In this document: piece after piece, positions 50,580-64,000 of the stretch
Numbering within the stretch: the stretch's first letter is position 1
Layout of the letters: every line of letters begins with the position of its first letter
NCBI GenBank assembly: GCA_048213135.1
Contig: PS015049.1
Coordinates: 128,422 to 192,421, forward strand
Direction of reading: 5' to 3'
Origin: Reclinomonas americana ATCC 50394
Lineage: Eukaryota
Length of the DNA stretch: 64,000 nucleotides
Notes under the pieces: model-generated
The model's database searches: none
Seen by the model: only the letters and a program-made list of their open reading frames with translations
Told to the model about the DNA's origin: nothing
Position numbers and translations under genes: made by a program

Positions 50580-50944
50580 CGGCGGAGAGAACGCGTGCGT
50601 GAGAGTCGACAAGTGTCTAAAAGCGCGGTGCTGTTTGTCCCGAATTCGCAACAAAACGTCGACGTAGGCGGCATGCTCCCCCATTTTGCTGCAGCTCATG
50701 AGCATCCTGGTCCGCGATCGATGAAATCCTCCTGTTTGCCCCAAAGAGCGAAAGATCGCAGTTCTCGATTTGCAATTGTTCGAAGTTCCGGTCGTGGTCG
50801 CAAGTCTGCCCTCAAGACTGGTGCTTGTGCTGATGTGCTGGATACACGCATGCCTAGACTTTGCCATCAAGAGAGCTGATGCTTGTTTTGTGAATTCGTC
50901 CGCACGTTGTCCCACCACCACTTCACATCCAACTTGGCGCCAAA

Positions 50945-56484
<5,540 letters not shown>

Positions 56485-56530
56485 CGACGCGTCCGTGGCA
56501 GTGTATTGTCCCCCACGTGCAGATGCTTGC

Positions 56531-59500
56531 TCACTTGCGCGGGGCAGACTTCAGTATGCTGTTGACTCGTATGCGTTCGTAGTGCATCACTCGCCCGTAG
56601 GCATCCTCGTGATGTTGCACCTCGTGCGCCAGGGTGCGGTACGTCTTGTCCGTCGACTCGAACCGAATCAAGCGGCACACCTGTCGGTTCCATCACCAGA
56701 AAGTCAGCAATGGCGATCGGCAGTGTGCTGCATCACGGCCACGGTAACACGCACATCGATGGGAAACGGAAAGGTGACGGAGAGATTCACAGTGCGTTGA
56801 CTCTGCGCAGCAGCACGTTAGCAACGAAACGCAAACGGCAGCTGGTGGTGGACGAAACGGGTCCGGCAGACTCGATGGACTCGATGGTGTCGGCGGGCAC
56901 TGCCTGCGTCTTTGGAGGAGCATGGGGATCCGCCACGCGGAACGAGTCGTCGGTCTGCACATTGACAAGACCCGCGGGAGACACCTCGTATGCCACCGTC
57001 ACTTGCGTGTCCTCGTCGACTGCACGGTAGGTGAAGATGATGAGCGAGTGACAAACAACACCTCTGCCATCTACCGTCGAACGCAACGGTTCATCTGTCG
57101 TCGCAGACAGCGGGAGGTTTGCGTCGGGTGAAAGAGCACTCCGAGCTCCCAGGAAGGCACCACAAAGTCGCCCTTGTCGATGAAACCCTGCGCGCGTATG
57201 TTAGCATGGCGTTCGGTTTGTCGAAGGGAAAAGTGACAAACCCACGCGGCGCCCGTCACATTGTGTGAGCCAAGGAACACCCACGGCACGGTGCGGTCAC
57301 CCTGCTCGCCATCCCCATTGATGGTGGTGTACAGCTTGGCGTGACAGGCGAACGGATGTGGGGCCAGCGATGGCGCTGTGGGTGTCCAGCGGTGGAGCAG
57401 GCGGCGAAGTGGGGCACTCGGCTCGGTTACAAGCTTGTAGCACGAGGCCATCGCGTGTCTGAGGGGAAAGATAAGGGGAAGGAGAAGGGGGAGGAGAAGG
57501 GGGAGGAGAAGGGGGAGGGGAAGGGGATGGAGAGAGATGAATTGTCAGAAGCTAGCCAACCACGGATCTCAAGAACACGCTAACTATCAGCCACGCACAT
57601 CTGCTCTCGATACTCTGCCCTACAAAGATCCCCTACGCACCCAAACATGCTCATCTCCACATCGGCGATACTTGGCCACACAATGCGACACGGCAGGGCC
57701 GACAAGGACGACGGCTGCGTGTCGACACTCGAAACCGCTTCGTCCTCCCCGACAGCTCTCTGCAACGCACATGAGTGACACACTTGACATCATGCCAGGG
57801 GAACGAAGGGTAAAAGACCTGTGAATCCACGAGAAACCAGCGACACAACGACGGGATCAGACTGTCGGCGTGGCGATCGAGCGTGGAAGCCAGCATGAAT
57901 AAGACGCGTTCAGAGGCCGGTGGCTTGTCCGCGATCGGCGGTTCCGCAACCAGCAAGTCATGCAGTGCCAGTGCACCCCACTTGCGCGCTGTGACAGCGA
58001 GAGGAGATTGAGAAGCGAGGGAAGAGAAACAGAGGGCGGGAGGGCGATTTCTTGCCTTCAGGATTGCGTGTGCGATGCGCACCGGAACCCCGATACAAAG
58101 GGTAACGACCGGGTTTGGAAAGGATAAGCGAGACCGCAGCATCGGCGTAGTCATCTGCGACTGACATTCAGAATGTGAAGCTTGCAAAGCTTCTCGTTGC
58201 TGCAGTAACGCAACAGTTCCACACCAGTCGGCCGGTGAGTTCACTAAGTTCCAGCGACTGCAGGTACGCAGCAAGAGTGCGCGAGAACGGCACCATCGGT
58301 GGGCGATCGGCGGCCGGAAACTCCTGCGTAAACGCCCGACGCGCAGTCAACACACGACGGCCTTTCCTTTTTTTGTGTGACCACACATAATATCTCGCAC
58401 CTGCGTCCACACCGTGTTCAATCGCCCATGCCAGTCGACCTCGCGAAAGTTGGCCGTGGTGACAGCCACGCGAACCGACTGCGCCCGTCGCACCACCAGC
58501 AGCTTGACGTGGTGCACGCCGGGTGCGCCAGTGCCGTGTGGGGCCGTCGGCCTGAGCACGAAGCGGTCGGGGAATGGTGATCCGTCGTCCAGCTGCGGGA
58601 GGGGGAAGGAGGAGCAAGGAAGGAGACGGATGAGAACAAGGGAAAGAGCAAGAGAACAAAGAGGGCAATATAGATGCGAATGAGTTAGAGAGAACGACGG
58701 AATTGAGTTGAGGTCAACGAGATGTGACAGCGTGGAACAAACATGCGAAAAAAGATACTAGCGAGCGGACGTGGCAAAGAGGAGAGTGGCACAGAGAGGA
58801 TGAAACGAACTGGCCAATGAGAAAGGGCGTTGTGCTTGGAACCAACATGAAAGAGGGGGCAGAGTGAAACGCAGAGAAGGATGAGCAGGAGGAGACAGCA
58901 AGGATGACGCCAAGCAAACAAGAAAGCAGAAACATGTGTTGCACGTGGACCAACATCAAGTGGGAGGGGATCAAGCAGCAGGAAGATGAGAGACAGAAAC
59001 TTGCGAGTGGTGCAAAAGAGAGAGGAGAAAGTCACAAAAAAAGACAGAAAAGAGTAAGCCAAAGAGAAGGAGGTGCGTCGCAAAGAGGGCGTAGAGTGTG
59101 AATGAGAAAACAAATGAGCAGGGAGGAGACAGAAAGGAAGACGCCAAACACACAAGAAAGCAGACAGGGGTGAAGGAAAGGAGAGACCGACACGGAGGCC
59201 ACTCAATCGAGGGGCGACCAACCATTGTGGAAATGCTCTTTGTCGAGCTGTACACCAGCGTAACAGGAACATGCTGCAGCGCTGCAGTTCACTATCAGCA
59301 TCTATAGAGAGAAACTTGCGCAGTCAACACGCACCCGGGCACTCAAACAACAACCACGTTGGCTCGGCCTCAAACGAGCATAAAAGCACCTCGAGAATAC
59401 CTTGCACCTGCCCAACAACAATGAAAAGAGAGAAAAAGAAGAGAAAGAGAGAAAGACATGGCGCAACTGGTCCAACAAGCTCACTGAGTGTCACAGTCCG

Positions 59501-59821
59501 CTCACTGCCTCGAAGGGTTTCTCCGACAAACAACTGACAATGAAATGCATGAGAATGAGAGACAACTCTCTCTCTCTCACACACACTCTCACACTCAACC
59601 TTTCGTCTCACATACGATGCACTGGCCTTTTCTGCCAGTGCGGCCGCCTGTCGCTCTCCCTCGTGACACACTGTGCGCACGAGATAGAATGTGTGTGGAG
59701 AGAGCTCGTGGTCTGTGTCGACATCGACTCGTGCAGTGGAGGCAGAGGAGGAGGAGGAGGAGGCAAGACGCGAGCGAGGAGGAGAGCTGTCGCGTCGTGC
59801 ACGTTTGCGCAGAGGTTCCAT
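56531..59821 (-). CDS. TDP1: Tyrosyl-DNA phosphodiesterase 1
   Basis: Both HKN motifs present (GVHHVK...VTTANF and CHAKLY...LGSHNVTGAAWG), plus WTQEFP, FSRTLAAYL, VWPSIADV, SWELGVLF and C-terminal TFPFPID...EDAYGR. Confidence 0.93.
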
Positions 59822-59936
59822 TGTGTTTGTGTGTGTGTCAGACAGAGGACGCGACGTGACTCAAAGACACTCTCGTTTCATACAGTTCTCGTTGTCAGGA
59901 ACAGCACACGACGGCAGGTGGGTTGCCAGAGGTCAC

Positions 59937-61245
59937 TCAGACACTCCCTGTCACTGCTGCTGCTGCTCCCTCTTCATCATCGCCAGCGGCATCAATGACA
60001 GCACCAGCAGCAGCTGCAGACAAGGCAGATGGTGGCGGCTGCGCTGGTGGTGGTGCGGAGAGCGGGGTGAGTGCACCACTGGCCGCGAAGAACTCGTCGG
60101 TGGAGGAGGAGTCGCTGTCGTTGCCGGTTCTTGCGTCCAGTCTCCAGTCGTCGTCGGGATCTGCAAAATCGTCGGGCAGCAGCGACACGAGCAGCTGGCC
60201 CACGAATTGGCCGCGTTGCTTTTGTTCCGCCGTGATGTCACTGTGCGGCGTCAAGTGTGAGAGGGACAGAGGAGGCGAGAAGGAGGAGAGAATGGCCAAA
60301 CCTCTCGCCCTTTTGTGATTTGCCGCCCTTGCCGCCGGCGTCTGCCGCCGATTTCGACGACGAACCGGCAGACACCGAAGCAGCGGAAGAGGCACCCGAG
60401 GACTTTCTCTTGGGTAGTGGCACGTTGGTGGTGTCTTGGCCGGAGATGAACTTGCATGCGGGGCTGTGGCGTGCGTGCTCGGCCCTGGGTGGTGAGGGAA
60501 AGGGAAAGGGTAGTGAGGGCAAGGGTGGTGAGGGCAAGGGTGAGGAGGGAGAGGGTGGTGAGGAAAGGGTGAGGAGGGAAAGAGTGGTGAGGAAAAGGAC
60601 GATGAGGGAAAGGGTGGTGAGGGAAAAGGTGGTGAGGGAAAAGGCTATAAGGGACAGGGTGGTGAGGGAAAGGGTGATGAGAAAAGAGTGATGAGGTAAT
60701 GTGTGGTGAGGGAAAGGGCGATAAGGAGAAGGGCGATGAGGGAGAGGGCGGTGAGGGAAAGGGTGGTGAGGGAAAGGGTGGTCAAGGAAGGATGATGAGG
60801 GAAAGGATGGTGAGGAGGGAAAGGGCGATGAGGAGGGTAAGGGCGATCAGGGAGAGTAAAGGGTGATCAGGGAAAGGGCGATGAGGTAAGGGTGGGTGCT
60901 GCGGCGAAAGGACACAGAACAAAGCGAAGAGAGTGTGAGAGAGAAAGAGAGGGCAAGAGAAACAAGACAAGCACTGCACATGGGAAGCGACGGCATGTAG
61001 TTAATCAGAGTGGAGGCAACTGCATCGCGAGAGTATCCGCGGGGGAGAGAGAAAACGGCACTGCTTCGACGCAACAGAGATGGGGGAGTGAAGAAGACAG
61101 AATGAGAGAAATAGCGAGTGAGAGAAGAGCTGCACGAGGACGGCGCATGCAAGCGACGGCATGTTACGGGAAAGGCGAGAAGAGCAAGAGAGGGGCGAGA
61201 CACAGAGAGACATACAGAGAGAGAGAGATGTAAAAACCAGAGATG

Positions 61246-61277
<32 letters not shown>

Positions 61278-62055
61278 TGTAAAGAGAGAAGAGGGAAGGA
61301 GCGAGCGAGGAATAATGGATGGCGTTTGGAAGCGACCACATATTAAGGGTGACACCACAAACAGAGAGTCGAACGATGCAGAGAGAGAGAGAGAGAGAAA
61401 TGCACAACGACAACACGCCGGAACGACAGGTCGTCGCGAACAGATACGAAGGGGATGGTGCTATCACGGAGAGAGAGCGCGGGAGAGAGCGACAAAACAC
61501 AACGACAAGACGTCAGAGCGACAGTTTGTCAACGACAGAGACAAAGCGGATGGGGCTATCACGGACGAGAGTTCACGAGGACGGCAAGAGACAATGCACA
61601 ACGAAGGGTGCAATGCCTTGCATCAGCAAGCAGGGAAAAGCACTCTCCCGCATCGACACACACCATGGATCATCCTCGGGTTCCCACTCCAGTAATGCCA
61701 CATGACACGAGAAGCACTGCAGCGCGCACGAGTCAAATCACTCATTCCACCTCCTCGCCCCTTCTTCTTCTCCTCATGCTCATCAACCACGCACCACCGT
61801 ACGATCGCCACCACCAGGTCGATTGGGATCGGGGTGGAAGAAGAAGCCAGCTGCCGCCAGTGACTCGGGTGTGGCCGCCGTGTTGGAGTGTGGCCATTTG
61901 CTGGAGAAGAAAAGGATGCAACAGAGAGTGAGTGAAGAAGGAGGAGGAGGAAGAGGAGGAGAAGATGATGATGATGAAGAAGAAGAAGAACAAGAAGAAG
62001 GAGAAGGAGGACGAGAAGGACGAGGAGGAGGAGAGAGAAACAGACACTCTTACTC

Positions 62056-62088
<33 letters not shown>

Positions 62089-62186
62089 CACTGAGACTTC
62101 AGTTTCTCTCTCATTTCCTCAGCAAGTCACACACACAGAGTTGTCGAGAGGATGTGTACTTGAGTGTGAAGGTGTGTTCTCCTCCA

Positions 62187-62217
<31 letters not shown>

Positions 62218-63149
62218 TCTCACTCACNNNNNNNNNNNNNNNNNNNNNNNNNNNNNNNNNNNNNNNNNNNNNNNNNNNNNNNNNNNNNNNNNNNNNNNNN
62301 NNNNNNNNNNNNNNNNNNNNNNNNNNNNNNNNNNNNNNNNNNNNNNNNNNNNNNNNNNNNNNNNNNNNNNNNNNNNNNNNNNNNNNNNNNNNNNNNNNNN
62401 NNNNNNNNNNNNNNNNNNNNNNNNNNNNNNNNNNNNNNNNNNNNNNNNNNNNNNNNNNNNNNNNNNNNNNNNNNNNNNNNNNNNNNNNNNNNNNNNNNNN
62501 NNNNNNNNNNNNNNNNNNNNNNNNNNNNNNNNNNNNNNNNNNNNNNNNNNNNNNNNNNNNNNNNNNNNNNNNNNNNNNNNNNNNNNNNNNNNNNNNNNNN
62601 NNNNNNNNNNNNNNNNNNNNNNNNNNNNNNNNNNNNNNNNNNNNNNNNNNNNNNNNNNNNNNNNNNNNNNNNNNNNNNNNNNNNNNNNNNNNNNNNNNNN
62701 NNNNNNNNNNNNNNNNNNNNNNNNNNNNNNNNNNNNNNNNNNNNNNNNNNNNNNNNNNNNNNNNNNNNNNNNNNNNNNNNNNNNNNNNNNNNNNNNNNNN
62801 NNNNNNNNNNNNNNNNNNNNNNNNNNNNNNNNNNNNNNNNNNNNNNNNNNNNNNNNNNNNNNNNNNNNNNNNNNNNNNNNNNNNNNNNNNNNNNNNNNNN
62901 NNNNNNNNNNNNNNNNNNNNNNNNNNNNNNNNNNNNNACTCATTTCCTCAACAAATCACACACAACAATGAGAGTTGTCAAGAGGTTCCTCTGACAATTC
63001 ACAAGCATGCCTCTCTCTCTCTCTCACACACACACACACTCTCTCTCTTCCTGTCTCTCTCTCTCTCTCACACTCAACTTCTCAAATGTTTTGAGTCGCG
63101 CGGCCTCCGAATTCATTGCGCCTCCCGCAAAAGGCACTTCCGCAAACAT
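59937..63149 (-). CDS. Single-BIR-domain protein (IAP/survivin-like) with a low-complexity acidic tail; 5 exons
   Basis: Spliced MNSEAARLKTFENKWPH...PESLAAAGFFFHP...DRTV|CFSCHVALLEWEPEDDPWAEHARHSPACKFI has the exact C-x2-C-x16-H-x6-C spacing. The start codon sits in a GCCACCATG context. Confidence 0.9.
60490..60890. repeat. Intronic degenerate purine-rich minisatellite with a ~15-bp unit (GAGGGAAAGGGTGGT-like)
   Basis: Tandem degenerate copies directly visible inside an intron of the BIR gene. Confidence 0.85.
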
Positions 63150-64000
63150 GGTGGCACTCTCTCAAATAACAAACACACACTCTTACTCACAGTGTGTGCG
63201 CGCGCGTGTGAGTGTGTGTGAGAGAGAGAGTGCGTGTGTGTGTGATGTCCAGTTGTCCGTCTCTCAAAAAGCTTGTTTCTTCCTCTCACTCTCTCTTTGT
63301 GAGTAGAGACAGGCACCAGACAAGTGAACAATGTCGGCGTGTGTGTTGTGGTGTGCCAGAAACAGTGTGTCCTGTGTGTGCGCGACTTCGGAAGTTGTTC
63401 GTCAAGGAGCTCTTCCTTGCACTCAAGCCTTGCGGAACTGTGATTCTGCGCTTTTGCTTGCCCGGCTTCATGGTTGCAGGATTTAAGGGGGGTCCAGAGC
63501 TGCAGAGGAAATTCGACTTCGAGATCAAGTTTTCGTCCAAACAGCAACACAGCTGCATGGTGATCATCATCTTGAGTGAGCTCCAGGTACGGAGATATCT
63601 CAGAGCAGTACGAGGAAAGGCCGAAACTCGTACAACAAGGATACAGCTGTTGCTTGTTTGTTGGTGAATGAATTTGTTGTGTTGTTAAACATGCCATCGA
63701 CGGTTGATCTTATCGCCAAGTCACCACAGTCCTGACGGCAGTGGCAGGTTTGTGTGTGTGGGTTCGCTCTCACAAGCCGAGAACTGCAATCTTTACCGCA
63801 CAGTGGATCTGAACGCAATTACACAGACGCTCAGTACTGAGATGATCACCACGTCGAAATGCTGGTGGCTGATTGGACCTGAACACATCAACTACACATA
63901 CATTCGATTGGCACTGCGATGAGGAGCTGCGACGGGAGGGGGGATAAACAACAATGTCGCTGCTCTTCGCTCTCCTTCTCTGTCTCCTCACTCCACGAGG

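Noticed and set aside
50600-50900. Partial inverted repeat (taggcggcatgc ... gcatgccta) suggesting an ncRNA
   Set aside because: The complementarity is short and imperfect; more simply a divergent promoter/UTR region.
63300-63922. Coding-like frames on both strands at the window end
   Set aside because: Strand is ambiguous, no domain is recognisable, and the context is truncated.

Overview
Gapped draft assembly of a gene-dense, intron-rich, GC-rich eukaryotic genome with many CA/GA/CT microsatellites. A TBC1D31 homologue suggests a centriole- or flagellum-bearing protist; I cannot name the organism. The ORF track is mostly exon fragments, antisense shadows and N-gap artefacts, so I rebuilt about 22 spliced genes by hand from GT-AG boundaries and reading-frame continuity. 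Recognisable genes: VPS4 (3' part), ODR4, signal peptide peptidase, FAHD1, TBC1D31, DPH4/DNAJC24, TDP1, a single-BIR protein and a probable COMMD10 fragment. The most striking signal is a frequent atypical 5' splice-site class (GTTGCG, GTTGAG and relatives). It is the local consensus donor (GTGCG/GTGAG) shifted by one base and occurs in about 20 frame-consistent introns. Unusual proteins: an acidic, divergent H2B-like histone-fold protein; a protein with 3-4 tandem HARE-HTH-like domains; two different histidine-phosphatase fusions (one to DUF218, one to a His-rich unknown domain with an inserted beta-trefoil); a catalytically dead membrane-anchored alpha/beta-hydrolase; a secreted 4-Cys EGF-repeat protein; and a degenerate membrane-anchored RasGEF-like protein. 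No rRNA, tRNA, CRISPR array or transposase was recognised. All family calls come from motif recognition; no searches were run.
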